From positions 1 through 28,656 of the forward strand of contig CAWBGA010000016.1 of assembly GCA_963788195.1 (NCBI GenBank): a DNA stretch of 28,656 nucleotides, in the 5' to 3' direction. This DNA is from Nitrospirota bacterium (GTDB lineage: Bacteria > Nitrospirota > Nitrospiria > Nitrospirales > NS-4). The notes under the pieces were generated by a model. It did no database searches, was not told the DNA's origin, and saw nothing but the letters and a program-made list of their open reading frames with translations. Positions 18,597 through 28,242 of the stretch are shown in pieces; the first letter of the stretch is position 1, and each line of letters opens with the position of its first letter. A program made the translations under genes and the position numbers.

Positions 18597-21209
18597 TTGA
18601 TCTCGAGCCAGCAATTCACCGGCAAAACAGACGTCGTTCCTATTCTGGATTCTCCCCTCTATCAACGGCCGGTAATCGCCGGCAAGTTTCTTTTCCTCTC
18701 TGAGGAGAAGTTTTGGATTCGCGGCACGACCTATGGCACCTTTCGCCATGACTTGGACAGTGGTGGTTTCCCACGTCCCGATGTTCTCGAATCTGATTTT
18801 GCGTTGATGGCTGCAAGCGGCTTCAACACCATTCGGACGTACACCGTTCCTCCCCGGTCATTCCTTGATGCGGCTCAGCGTCACGGACTTCATGTGATGG
18901 TGGGACTGGCGTGGGAACAGCATATCTGTTTTTTGGATGATGGAGCGGGGTCGAAGGCCATTGAAAAGAAGGTTCGGACCGAAGTTCAAGCTTGCGCCAA
19001 GCACCCTGCTATTCTGTGTTATTCCATCGGCAATGAGATCCCGGCCTCCGTTGTGCGATGGCACGGGAAAAAACAGATGGAGCGTCATCTTGAACGGCTG
19101 TACCGCATCGCAAAAGACGAAGATCCGACGGGTTTGGTAACATACGTCAACTATCCCACAACTGAATACTTAGAACTGCCGTTTTTGGACCTGGTTTGCT
19201 TCAATGTCTACTTGGAATCCCAGGAGCCCCTAGAGGCGTATCTCAGACGCCTGCACAATATCAGCGGCGATCGGCCTCTTGTCTTGGCAGAAATCGGTCT
19301 GGATAGCCGCCGGCATGGCGAGCAGAAGCAAGCGAAAGTCTTACAGTGGCAAGTTCGAACCGCATTTTCCGAGGGGTGTGCCGGGGTGTTCGTATTTGCG
19401 TGGACTGACGAATGGCATCGCGGCGGTCACGATATTGAGGATTGGGATTTTGGCCTCACGGATCGAGACCGACGTCCGAAGCCCGCGCTTCTCGCGGTAA
19501 AACATGCATTTACGGAGTTACCCGTTACGCCAAAATTGCAGTGGCCTCGCATATCTGTCGTTGTATGCAGTTATAACGGGGCACACATCATACGCGATTG
19601 CATGGAAGGGCTCAAACGACTGGATTATCCTAACTATGAAGTCATTGTGGTGAACGATGGCTCCACCGACCGGACCAGCGATATCGCAGCTGAATATGGC
19701 GTTCGAGTGATTACCACAAAAAATCGTGGGCTTAGTAGCGCACGTAACATCGGCATGGACGCGGCCACGGGAGAAATCATCGCCTATACGGATGATGATG
19801 CCCGTCCTGACCCGCATTGGCTCACGTACCTAGCTTGCACCTTTATGAGAACCCAGCATGCCGCAGTGGGCGGTCCCAATATCGCCCCACCGGGCGATGG
19901 ATTGATTGCGGATTGCGTCGCCAACGCGCCCGGAGGACCGATTCATGTGCTGCTCTCGGATGAGGAAGCCGAGCACCTTCCGGGCTGCAATCTCGCCATT
20001 CGAAAAACATGCCTTCAGTCTATCGGCGGATTTGATCCTCAATTTCGCGCCGCCGGCGACGATGTCGATGTGTGCTGGCGACTCCAACAGAAAGGTTTGA
20101 CCTTAGGCTTTAACCCTGCTGCCATGGTGTGGCACCATCGCCGCAATTCCGTCCGTAGATATTGGAAACAGCAAAAAGGATACGGCAAAGCCGAAGCGCT
20201 GCTGGAAAAAAAGTGGCCCGAGAAATACAATATCCTTTGCAGCGTAAGCTGGTTTGGCCGAATTTATGGGAAGGGTTTTTGGTCGACAGGGGATACTAAA
20301 AACCGGATTTATCATGGCACATGGGGAACCGCACCGTTTCAATCGCTCTACCACCGGGCGCCTAGCTACTGCGGCTCACTACCACAGATACCTGAATGGT
20401 ATTACATCATTCTGGTTTTAGGTCTGTTATCCGGTTTGAGTATCGTTTGGCGCCCTCTCATTGTCGCAGCACCGTTGTTGGCGCTCGCAGCCGGAGCCTC
20501 CATTCTTCCGGCGATCACCAACGCATGTCGAGGAAGCTTTAGTCCCACACCTGCATCAGGTTCGAGGCGATTCAAGATCAAGACGCTCACCGCCTTTTTG
20601 CACTTGCTCCAGCCTCTGGCGAGGTTCTGCGGACGTCTGCCTCATGGATTGACGCCGTGGCGTCGGCAGGGAATTGAAGGTATGGCCATGCCTCTGCCCC
20701 AAAGGCTTACCCTGTGGGCAGAACGTGGGCGGCTTTCAACCGAATGGTTACATGCTTTAGAATCGGCCCTCCGCGCACAATGTGCGGTAGTGATACGTGG
20801 TGGCCACTATGACGGCTGGGACTTGCAAATACGTAATGGAACGTTTGGTGCGGTTCGTCTCTTGATGGCGGTCGAAGAACACGGGGGTGGCCGACAATTA
20901 GTCCGCATCAAATTATGGCCGAAGGCATCTGTGCTGACAATAACCATCCCGGCAATATTGGCGGGGCTCTCAATTTTGGCGGGTCTTGACCATGCATGGA
21001 CCGCCTCGACCATCCTTGCCGGCGCCGGTTTGTTGGTGGCTCTGCGAACGATTCAAGACTGTGCTGCCCCTACCTTTTTAATCCTGCAAGAGCTGGCACT
21101 ATTAGATCCACAAAGCCCACTTCGCACATCCAGACCACGAAGAACACCGTTTTTCGCCAGAGACCTCGAGCCGGATAGTGACGTTAGCCTTAACATGTCC
21201 GACTCATGA
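18597..21209 (+). CDS. Bifunctional glycoside-hydrolase (clan A TIM barrel)-GT2 glycosyltransferase, membrane protein
   Basis: N-terminal NTIRTY, GNE and AEIG motifs; GT2 motifs VVVCSYN, VVNDGSTD, YTDDD, GDDVD and QQKGYG; C-terminal TM segments. TTG start with GGAAGGA RBS. Confidence 0.88.
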   Translation: MISSQQFTGKTDVVPILDSPLYQRPVIAGKFLFLSEEKFWIRGTTYGTFRHDLDSGGFPRPDVLESDFALMAASGFNTIRTYTVPPRSFLDAAQRHGLHVMVGLAWEQHICFLDDGAGSKAIEKKVRTEVQACAKHPAILCYSIGNEIPASVVRWHGKKQMERHLERLYRIAKDEDPTGLVTYVNYPTTEYLELPFLDLVCFNVYLESQEPLEAYLRRLHNISGDRPLVLAEIGLDSRRHGEQKQAKVLQWQVRTAFSEGCAGVFVFAWTDEWHRGGHDIEDWDFGLTDRDRRPKPALLAVKHAFTELPVTPKLQWPRISVVVCSYNGAHIIRDCMEGLKRLDYPNYEVIVVNDGSTDRTSDIAAEYGVRVITTKNRGLSSARNIGMDAATGEIIAYTDDDARPDPHWLTYLACTFMRTQHAAVGGPNIAPPGDGLIADCVANAPGGPIHVLLSDEEAEHLPGCNLAIRKTCLQSIGGFDPQFRAAGDDVDVCWRLQQKGLTLGFNPAAMVWHHRRNSVRRYWKQQKGYGKAEALLEKKWPEKYNILCSVSWFGRIYGKGFWSTGDTKNRIYHGTWGTAPFQSLYHRAPSYCGSLPQIPEWYYIILVLGLLSGLSIVWRPLIVAAPLLALAAGASILPAITNACRGSFSPTPASGSRRFKIKTLTAFLHLLQPLARFCGRLPHGLTPWRRQGIEGMAMPLPQRLTLWAERGRLSTEWLHALESALRAQCAVVIRGGHYDGWDLQIRNGTFGAVRLLMAVEEHGGGRQLVRIKLWPKASVLTITIPAILAGLSILAGLDHAWTASTILAGAGLLVALRTIQDCAAPTFLILQELALLDPQSPLRTSRPRRTPFFARDLEPDSDVSLNMSDS

Positions 21210-23029
21210 GCGGGAGTCGGCATAGCGACCTGATTCTTTATCGACGCTTGATTCAGCAGGTACAGCCCTATGGTCTGCATCTATTAGCAATCTTACTGCT
21301 GAGTCTCCTTTCTATACCACTTGCGCTATTGACTCCGCTCCCTTTAAAGATCGTCGTTGATAACATTCTTGGCTCGCAGCCGCTGCAGGTGCCGTTCGAT
21401 TCCTTGTGGCTCCAGGCTGGGCTCAAAGCGATCTCTGAGTCGAGCACCGTCTTACTGATGTGCACCATCGGGTTGATGATTTTGGTCGGCCTGCTGGCCC
21501 ATGTGCAAAGTCTACTCACGTGGTTAATGCAAACGTACACGGGCGAGAGGCTGGTTTTGAACTTTAGAATCACGCTCTTCCGGCATGTGCAGCGCATTTC
21601 CCTTTTGTATCACGACGCGAAAGGGACCACGGATTCGATCTATCGCATTCAGTATGACGCGCCCGCGATTCAATGGATCGCAACCCAGGGAGTAATTCCG
21701 CTTATTACGGCAGCCGTTTCCCTGGCGAGCATGATTGCGGTAACTGCCGTTCTGGATTGGCAGCTTGCCAGCATTGCAATGGCTGTCATGCCGGCTCTCT
21801 TTTTGCTTATTCACTCTTCCCAACACCGCCTTCGCTCGCGCTGGACTCAACTAAAAGAAATGGAAAGCTCGGCAATGTCGGTTGTTCAGGAAGTGCTAAC
21901 CGCTGTTCGAGTTGTTAAGGCATTTGGGCAAGAGAAACATGAGGAAGAGCGCTTTGTTCATCACTCAAACCGGAGCCTGCGAGGACAAATCGGTGTCGCC
22001 TTACTCGAAAGTAGTTTCGATCTCTTCGTCGGCATGGCCATCGTTGCAGGAACCGCAGCGGTTCTTTTCATTGGGGTCCGACATGTCCAATCCGGCCTTC
22101 TATCTTTGGGTAATTTACTCATGATCATGACGTACCTTTCACAGTTGTATGCACCATTGCAAACCATTACCAAACAAGTGGCGCAGTTGCAGGGCTCGTT
22201 AGCCAGTGCGGAGCGCGCTTTCGCCCTGCTTGATGAGACGCCGGAAGTCATCGAACGTCCCCATGCACGTCGTCTCGTGACCGCCAAAGGGGCTGTCGCG
22301 TTTCAGAACGTCTGTTTCCGATATACCGACCAGCAACGCGGTCTTCAGGATATTTCATTTCATGTTGAGGCAGGAACGCGGATAGGTGTCGCCGGGACAA
22401 CGGGCGCGGGCAAGACTACGCTCGTCAGCTTACTGCCAAGATTCTACGACCCGGAAGCCGGACAAATCTTGCTAGACGGCATTGACCTAAGAGAGTACCA
22501 ACTCGCGGACCTCCGTCGGCAATTTTCTATTGTGCTGCAAGAGCCGGTGTTGTTTGCAAGCAGTATTGGCGAAAACATTGCGTATGCGCGACCGGAAAGC
22601 AGTCAGGCTGAGATCATTGCGGCGGCAAAGGCTGCTCATGCTCATGAATTTATCTCGGGGATGCCCGACTGTTACGGGACACAGGTCGGTGAACGAGGAA
22701 TACGACTTTCCGGAGGCGAACGGCAACGGATTTCAATTGCTCGGGCGTTCTTGCGCGATGCACCTATCCTAATTTTAGATGAGCCGACCAGTTCGGTCGA
22801 TCTTGCCACCGAGGCCTTCATCATGGAAGCCATGGACAGGTTGATGAAAGGTCGCACGACATTCATCATTGCGCATCGCTTGAGCACGCTTGAAAAATGC
22901 GACGTCGTGCTGACGATTAAAGATGGACGGCTTGCTACAATGACGAAGCCCCCCTATGCGAAGTACGAGGCAAATGCCTACGCATCGAAGCCGGCGAGAA
23001 CAGTTCACATCTCCTCATCCGAAAGCTAA
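21206..23029 (+). CDS. ABC exporter, fused TMD-ATPase (MsbA-like)
   Basis: TM domain, Walker A GTTGAGKT, signature LSGGERQR and Walker B ILILDE. Confidence 0.95.
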   Translation: MSGSRHSDLILYRRLIQQVQPYGLHLLAILLLSLLSIPLALLTPLPLKIVVDNILGSQPLQVPFDSLWLQAGLKAISESSTVLLMCTIGLMILVGLLAHVQSLLTWLMQTYTGERLVLNFRITLFRHVQRISLLYHDAKGTTDSIYRIQYDAPAIQWIATQGVIPLITAAVSLASMIAVTAVLDWQLASIAMAVMPALFLLIHSSQHRLRSRWTQLKEMESSAMSVVQEVLTAVRVVKAFGQEKHEEERFVHHSNRSLRGQIGVALLESSFDLFVGMAIVAGTAAVLFIGVRHVQSGLLSLGNLLMIMTYLSQLYAPLQTITKQVAQLQGSLASAERAFALLDETPEVIERPHARRLVTAKGAVAFQNVCFRYTDQQRGLQDISFHVEAGTRIGVAGTTGAGKTTLVSLLPRFYDPEAGQILLDGIDLREYQLADLRRQFSIVLQEPVLFASSIGENIAYARPESSQAEIIAAAKAAHAHEFISGMPDCYGTQVGERGIRLSGGERQRISIARAFLRDAPILILDEPTSSVDLATEAFIMEAMDRLMKGRTTFIIAHRLSTLEKCDVVLTIKDGRLATMTKPPYAKYEANAYASKPARTVHISSSES

Positions 23030-23043
23030 TTATTGGTCGGAAT

Positions 23044-24177
23044 ATGAGTCTCACTGTCTGTCTCTCGCCGACGGGTACCCTTGATTATCCCGAAGGGGGT
23101 GGACATCTATGGGTCTATTTGAATTGGGCGTTAGGGTTACAGGCCGCCGGCTGTCGGGTGATTTGGATGGAAGTTGTAAGTTCGGGATTGAAGGGACCCG
23201 AACTCCAGACAAAACTAGCGACGTTAAAGGCCCGATTGCATGCGTTTGGGGTCAAAGATGTGGCTCTGTATCCTACTGTGGATGTGAGCTTGCCGAGAGA
23301 GGTCACGCTTGGATGCTTGGACCTGAGAGCCGCCATGGACGCGGATCTGCTGTTAAATCTACGGTATGATCTTCCTGCGAAAGTTGTTGCCGGCTTCCGA
23401 CGCACTGCCCTACTAGACCTGGACCCCGGTCTTCTTCAAGTGTGGATGAGTGCAGGAAGCATTCAAGTGTCCCCCCACGACATTTATTTTACAATCGGCG
23501 AATCCGTCGGATCTCCGGATGCCCTATTTCCCGACTGCGGACTGACCTGGCACTATACACCTCCCACGATCCACCTCCCGGAATGGCCGGCGTCTGCTAC
23601 CGACGCCAAAGCCGCTTTCACGACCGTGTCGAACTGGTGGGGAGAGTGGCTGGCGGTTGACGGGGAGGTTTTTCCGAACGACAAACGGACTGAATTTTTG
23701 CGCTTTCTCAATGTCCCTTTGCATACCTCTGTACCCCTAGAGCTCGCATTGTGTTTCGGGAAGGGAGAGCATTTTGGAGAACGGGAACTGTTGGAGGAAA
23801 ATGGGTGGGCGATACGGGATGCGTGGACTGTCACTTCCACCCCTCAACAATACCGAGAATATATTCAGCAATCCAAAGGAGAATTCAGTTGCGCAAAGCC
23901 TGCGTACATCAGGTTAAAGACGGCATGGCTCAGTGATCGCAGCTTGTGCTACCTGGCAAGCGGAAAGCCGGTCGTCGTTCAGCACACAGGACAAAGCAAA
24001 ATCTTGCCGGATATGGAAGGTCTGTTTAGATTCCACACGGTTAAAGAAGCGGCACAGGCGCTGGCCACCGCGAGCTCAGCGTATGACTACCACTGTCGGC
24101 GCGCGCGCGCGTTGTGCGAGGAATACTTCAGCACGGAAAAAGTCATCCCAAAGTTATTGGAAAAAGCGTTGGCGTGA
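23044..24177 (+). CDS. Putative GT-B glycosyltransferase-like protein
   Basis: GGGHLWVYLNWALGL...SKGEFSCAKPAY...WLSDRSLCYLASGKPVVVQHTG. Paralog of the next gene. Confidence 0.7.
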   Translation: MSLTVCLSPTGTLDYPEGGGHLWVYLNWALGLQAAGCRVIWMEVVSSGLKGPELQTKLATLKARLHAFGVKDVALYPTVDVSLPREVTLGCLDLRAAMDADLLLNLRYDLPAKVVAGFRRTALLDLDPGLLQVWMSAGSIQVSPHDIYFTIGESVGSPDALFPDCGLTWHYTPPTIHLPEWPASATDAKAAFTTVSNWWGEWLAVDGEVFPNDKRTEFLRFLNVPLHTSVPLELALCFGKGEHFGERELLEENGWAIRDAWTVTSTPQQYREYIQQSKGEFSCAKPAYIRLKTAWLSDRSLCYLASGKPVVVQHTGQSKILPDMEGLFRFHTVKEAAQALATASSAYDYHCRRARALCEEYFSTEKVIPKLLEKALA

Positions 24178-25358
24178 GTAGGCCATCAATCATTCAGAAA
24201 CTGCGGATCGTGACAACAGGATTAGCCGCCACCTATCCCTTCGGTGGTGTGTTCTGGGATTACATGCAGTATCCGCTTGGCTTTCATCGTTTGGGCCATG
24301 AGGTGCTCTATCTTGAAGACACTGGAAAATGGAGTTACAACCCTGGGCTCGCGACATTTCAACAGGACGGCGAATCCAATGCGGCCTACTTGGCGAAATC
24401 TATTTCGCGCTTAGATTCCGATCTTGCGGAACGGTGGTGCTTTCGAGATGCAACCGGTAGGACGTACGGTCGCTCGTGGAGTGATGTCGTTGAGTTTTGT
24501 CGTAGCGCGGATCTCTTCATTCATATTTCTGGGAGTTGCTGGATGCGGGACGAGCATCTGGCAGCTAAGAGGGTGATTTTTATTGACACCGATCCGGTGT
24601 ACACGCAGGCCACCTTAGTTGCATCAAGCCAGAAGGAAAGCCAGTGGTGGTCCCAGAACCATGATAGATTCTTTACATTTGCGGAAAATATCAATAGTCC
24701 CGATTGCAGCGTTCCAAAAGGGCCATTTGAGTGGATCCCGACACGTCAGCCGGTAGTATTAGACTGTTTTCAAAAATCCGCGGTAGCAGTGGAGCACCGC
24801 CGCAAATTTCTGACCACTATTGGTTCTTGGGAGCCATCAAAAAGCCAACTACAGGTCAACGGTGTTAAGTATGCCGGGAAAAGTGTCGAATTCGAACGGT
24901 TTCTTGACCTTCCTCGCCGAAGTCGACTGGGGCTTGAGCTAGCGTTGAGTGGACCTGTTCCAAGAGAACGGTTCCAATCTCATGGGTGGATATTGCCAGA
25001 TCCGGCCTTAATTTCAACCGATCCGTGGAGCTATCAACACTATCTGGCGCACTCGTTTGGAGAATGGAGTGTCGCCAAGCAGGCTTATGTCGCAACGCGC
25101 AGTGGCTGGTTTTCTTGCCGTAGCTCCTGCTACCTCGCGCTTGGCGTGCCGACGATTGTGCAGGATACCGGCTTTGCCGATATTTTACCTACGGGACAAG
25201 GCATCCTGCCGTTCTCGACGTACGAGGAGGCCACTGAGGCGATTAATCAATTGATAAGTGATCCCGACATCCATGCTCAGACAGCACGGGCTATTGCCGA
25301 GGAGTATTTCAATAGTCGAAATGTCCTCACCCACCTTATTGACAAGGCGTTGAACTAA
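24174..25358 (+). CDS. Putative GT-B glycosyltransferase-like protein
   Basis: GGVFWDYMQY..GHEVLYLED...GEWSVAKQAY...WFSCRSSCYLALGVP.IVQDTG. The GTG start overlaps the upstream stop. Confidence 0.7.
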   Translation: MSRPSIIQKLRIVTTGLAATYPFGGVFWDYMQYPLGFHRLGHEVLYLEDTGKWSYNPGLATFQQDGESNAAYLAKSISRLDSDLAERWCFRDATGRTYGRSWSDVVEFCRSADLFIHISGSCWMRDEHLAAKRVIFIDTDPVYTQATLVASSQKESQWWSQNHDRFFTFAENINSPDCSVPKGPFEWIPTRQPVVLDCFQKSAVAVEHRRKFLTTIGSWEPSKSQLQVNGVKYAGKSVEFERFLDLPRRSRLGLELALSGPVPRERFQSHGWILPDPALISTDPWSYQHYLAHSFGEWSVAKQAYVATRSGWFSCRSSCYLALGVPTIVQDTGFADILPTGQGILPFSTYEEATEAINQLISDPDIHAQTARAIAEEYFNSRNVLTHLIDKALN

Positions 25359-25510
25359 GAAAATTGAAACTCCACGCCCTGGGAAGACGAGCTCGTCCGG
25401 GGGACAAAGAGTTTGTACCATGGGCCAAGGATGCGCGCGGGCGCGTCCAGGGACGGCGGGTGAGACTGTAACTCCAGGAGGCCGTGTGTGCGAGTCGAGT
25501 GCGCTCCTTT

Positions 25511-25927
25511 CTAGGCGAGTTCCCTTCCTGTCGTCGTCATGGTCAACTTGCCGTGCTTGACGCCTTTCGTGCTGATCAGGCTGTCGGCCACCGTACGCAC
25601 GTCTTTGCCTTTGCCCTTGACGACGAGAACCTCAATGCAGTGGTCGTGATCCAGATGCACGTGCATGGTGGAGAGAATCAGCTTATGGAAGTCGTGCTGA
25701 ATGCTGGTGAGTTTCTCTGTAAGATCCCGCACGTGGTGGTCATACACGATCGTGATCGTGCCGACCGTCTGGCTCTTTTGATCCCAGTCCTGCGCCACCA
25801 GGTGATCACGGATGAGATCCCGGATCGCTTCCGAGCGTGTTTCATATTTCTTTCCCACCAGAACCCGATCGAGATCATCCAGCAAGTGATGGTCCAGTGA
25901 CACTGCGAATCGGACGGTCTTCTTCAT
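25511..25927 (-). CDS. nikR: Nickel-responsive transcriptional regulator NikR
   Basis: Ribbon-helix-helix (RFAVSL, RSEAIRDLIRD) plus ACT-like domain with YDHH and HVHLDHDHCIE nickel ligands. Confidence 0.96.
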   Translation of the reverse strand: MKKTVRFAVSLDHHLLDDLDRVLVGKKYETRSEAIRDLIRDHLVAQDWDQKSQTVGTITIVYDHHVRDLTEKLTSIQHDFHKLILSTMHVHLDHDHCIEVLVVKGKGKDVRTVADSLISTKGVKHGKLTMTTTGRELA

Positions 25928-26027
25928 CGCCGGCCCTCCATGCTCAATTCTGGCATGGTTTGTTGTTCAAGTCGACGTGATGTGCGAGGAGCAAATCACA
26001 AAAGTATGAACAGAGACTTCACTTTTT

Positions 26028-28088
26028 TCAAAAGTAAAAGCTGACCCCCAGCAAGAAAGTGCGTGGAAGGCCGGGCGTGAAGTGGATATCGCTGACGGGG
26101 CCAGACTCATTTTGTAATCTCGATTCAAAAAAGAATTGCGTTTCCCGCCATTGCGCGTTGAAGATGTTTTCGATGCTTGCGAACGCGCCGATCTGCTTAT
26201 ATCGATACCGTGCGGTAAGGTCGAAGATCAGGTAAGCTTTGGTCCTGGCGCTGCGATCCTCGATGGCCGGCCGATCGCCCAAATATCGCATCTCAAACGT
26301 TGTTTCTAATCCCCACGGCAGTCTGGCGATGAGATCCGTGCGGACCGTCAGTTCCGGCGCTAATGGCACCGCTTCGCCCGTGCCTCTAAACTCTGCATGG
26401 GTCAAGGTCCAGTCGCTGACAAGCTGGAGCCATCGTGTTAACGCGAGTCGTGCGCTGACCTCGGTCCCGTAACGGCGCGTGGCGCCGCGGATCTCGGTCG
26501 TTCCCTCATCACCGACAAAGAGCAACTCGCTGGTCAAGTCAAGAAGCCATACGGAGGCGCGTACATCCAACCGGTTAAACTGGTGGGTACGGGCGCCCAC
26601 CTCATAGCTTGTGGCTTTGGGCAGTGTTTGTGCCGCGGCGTTAGTAACGACCGCTCGAGCATCATTGCTGTGAAAACCTGTCCCTGCGTTGAGAAACAGC
26701 TCCGTACCGGCCCATGGTCCGAAGATTAAGTTGCCCTTAAAACTCGGGCGCGCATCATTTACTTTGCCGGTTGCTGAGCCAGGTCCCGCCGGGTTGAGCT
26801 TATCGTTCACATCATAAAAGAGAAAGTCGCCTCGGACTCCGCCGATGAACCGCAACCAGCGAAGAGGTTTGAGATCCACCTTGAAATACGGCGAGTACGA
26901 CACCTCAAAAAGATCCACGTCGGTCGTGGTGCCGGTTCGCGCACGTCGAATCTGAGTGCCAAGCCGTACACGACCGTCGTCCACACGCGTTTGAAAACCT
27001 ACTTTTAACGAGCCATCGATACCATACGCATGGCCGTTGATTTGATACCCAAGATCGCCACCATACACGTAACGGTCATCACTCTGTTCAATGCCATCGC
27101 CGTTGACCGGGTCATTCAGAAAGAACGTGAAGTTGGAGAACAGATCCAAATCGTAACGTTGAACGTATGCATTGAAAAACAGCGTGCTGTTGCTGGAGAG
27201 GTCCCATCGGTATCTGAGATTGCCGACGGTCCGATGGGTATTGCCGCCTTCCGATGGATCGATGGCGCCAAACCGGTCGAGCCGCCCGGCCAGTACTTCT
27301 CGAAGCGGAATCTGACCCGATGCGTTCCATGCGCCACTGTAGTGCGTAACGGCCAACGCCAGTTCGGATCCTGAGGTAGGGTTGAATGTGAGCTTGCCGA
27401 GAATATTGTAACGACGAAAGTTCTGGGCGCTCTGAAACGGCCCATCGGTGAAATACGCTTCGGCGGCGAGCAGCGTGCGGACCTTCGTGCGTGTAGGCGA
27501 AACCATCGTTAAAAAGCGGCCGGTGTCGAATTTCCCCCCGGCCAACGAGACAAAATTCTCCTCGGTGATTTCTCGAGTGACAAAGTTCACCATCCCTGCC
27601 GTCACAAAATCCCCATATTCGACGTGATAGGGGCCCTTTCTCACGTCAAGAAGCTTGATGGTTTCAGGGATCACGAAATGCACATCGGCATATCCCTGAC
27701 CATGAGCGTGACTGCGAAGGTTGATCGGCATGTCATCCCAAAATAGCCCCACGTCGGTGCCGTGATCGGCATCAAACCCCCGTAGAAAGTACTGTTCCGC
27801 TTTCCCGCCTCCGGCGTGCTGACCGATAAAGAAGCCGGGCGCGACGCGAAGGAGATCAGCCGGTCGCCCCTGAGGGCGGACCTGAAAGTCTTTATCCGGA
27901 ACCAAGAGCTGAGAAGAGGCCGCCACTGGTCGCTTGCCGGTCACCACCACCGGCTGCAGCGTTTGCGTCTCCTTGTCGGGGGATGTCGCCTCAGGGTCAA
28001 TCTCTCGAGTGTCTGGCGGTTTCTGAGCTTCAGAAGAAATCGGAATAACAAACGTGACCGCGATCGCGAGCAGCGCGGGAAGCATCAT
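26028..28088 (-). CDS. TonB-dependent receptor, probable nickel uptake
   Basis: Signal peptide, TonB box LQPVVVTG, His-containing plug (QHAGGGKAEQYFLRGF.ADHGTD, HAHGQGY) and terminal F. Co-oriented with nikR and preceded by NikR-like operators. Confidence 0.92.
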   Translation of the reverse strand: MMLPALLAIAVTFVIPISSEAQKPPDTREIDPEATSPDKETQTLQPVVVTGKRPVAASSQLLVPDKDFQVRPQGRPADLLRVAPGFFIGQHAGGGKAEQYFLRGFDADHGTDVGLFWDDMPINLRSHAHGQGYADVHFVIPETIKLLDVRKGPYHVEYGDFVTAGMVNFVTREITEENFVSLAGGKFDTGRFLTMVSPTRTKVRTLLAAEAYFTDGPFQSAQNFRRYNILGKLTFNPTSGSELALAVTHYSGAWNASGQIPLREVLAGRLDRFGAIDPSEGGNTHRTVGNLRYRWDLSSNSTLFFNAYVQRYDLDLFSNFTFFLNDPVNGDGIEQSDDRYVYGGDLGYQINGHAYGIDGSLKVGFQTRVDDGRVRLGTQIRRARTGTTTDVDLFEVSYSPYFKVDLKPLRWLRFIGGVRGDFLFYDVNDKLNPAGPGSATGKVNDARPSFKGNLIFGPWAGTELFLNAGTGFHSNDARAVVTNAAAQTLPKATSYEVGARTHQFNRLDVRASVWLLDLTSELLFVGDEGTTEIRGATRRYGTEVSARLALTRWLQLVSDWTLTHAEFRGTGEAVPLAPELTVRTDLIARLPWGLETTFEMRYLGDRPAIEDRSARTKAYLIFDLTARYRYKQIGAFASIENIFNAQWRETQFFFESRLQNESGPVSDIHFTPGLPRTFLLGVSFYF

Positions 28089-28102
28089 TTCGGAGAGTCA
28101 TA

Positions 28103-28185
28103 GTATTACGAATTTGTGAGAAAGTATTACAGTAGGATACGAAGATCAAGCAAAAAAGTAATACTATAAGTTAGTTTAGTATTAC
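28103..28185 (-). promoter_or_regulatory. Two putative NikR operators overlapping a sigma70 promoter
   Basis: GTATTAC-N14-GTATTAC (28103-28130) and GTAATAC-N14-GTATTAC (28158-28185). Minus-strand TTGATC-N17-TACTTT at 28149-28121. Confidence 0.75.
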
Positions 28186-28242
28186 GGGATTAGAAAGCGT
28201 ATCAACACTCCGAGTCCGACGAAATAAGATTCTAAGGGAAAA

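Noticed and set aside
25484..25900. 138-aa plus-strand ORF opposite nikR, and similar antisense ORFs within secA, tonB and the TBDTs
   Set aside because: These fully overlap well-supported genes on the other strand and have no motifs or RBS.
25976..26010. GTGATGTGC-N5-GCAAATCAC inverted repeat and lone GTATGA upstream of nikR as a NikR site
   Set aside because: It does not fit the 21-bp half-site periodicity seen at 28103-28185. It may be only a weak hairpin.
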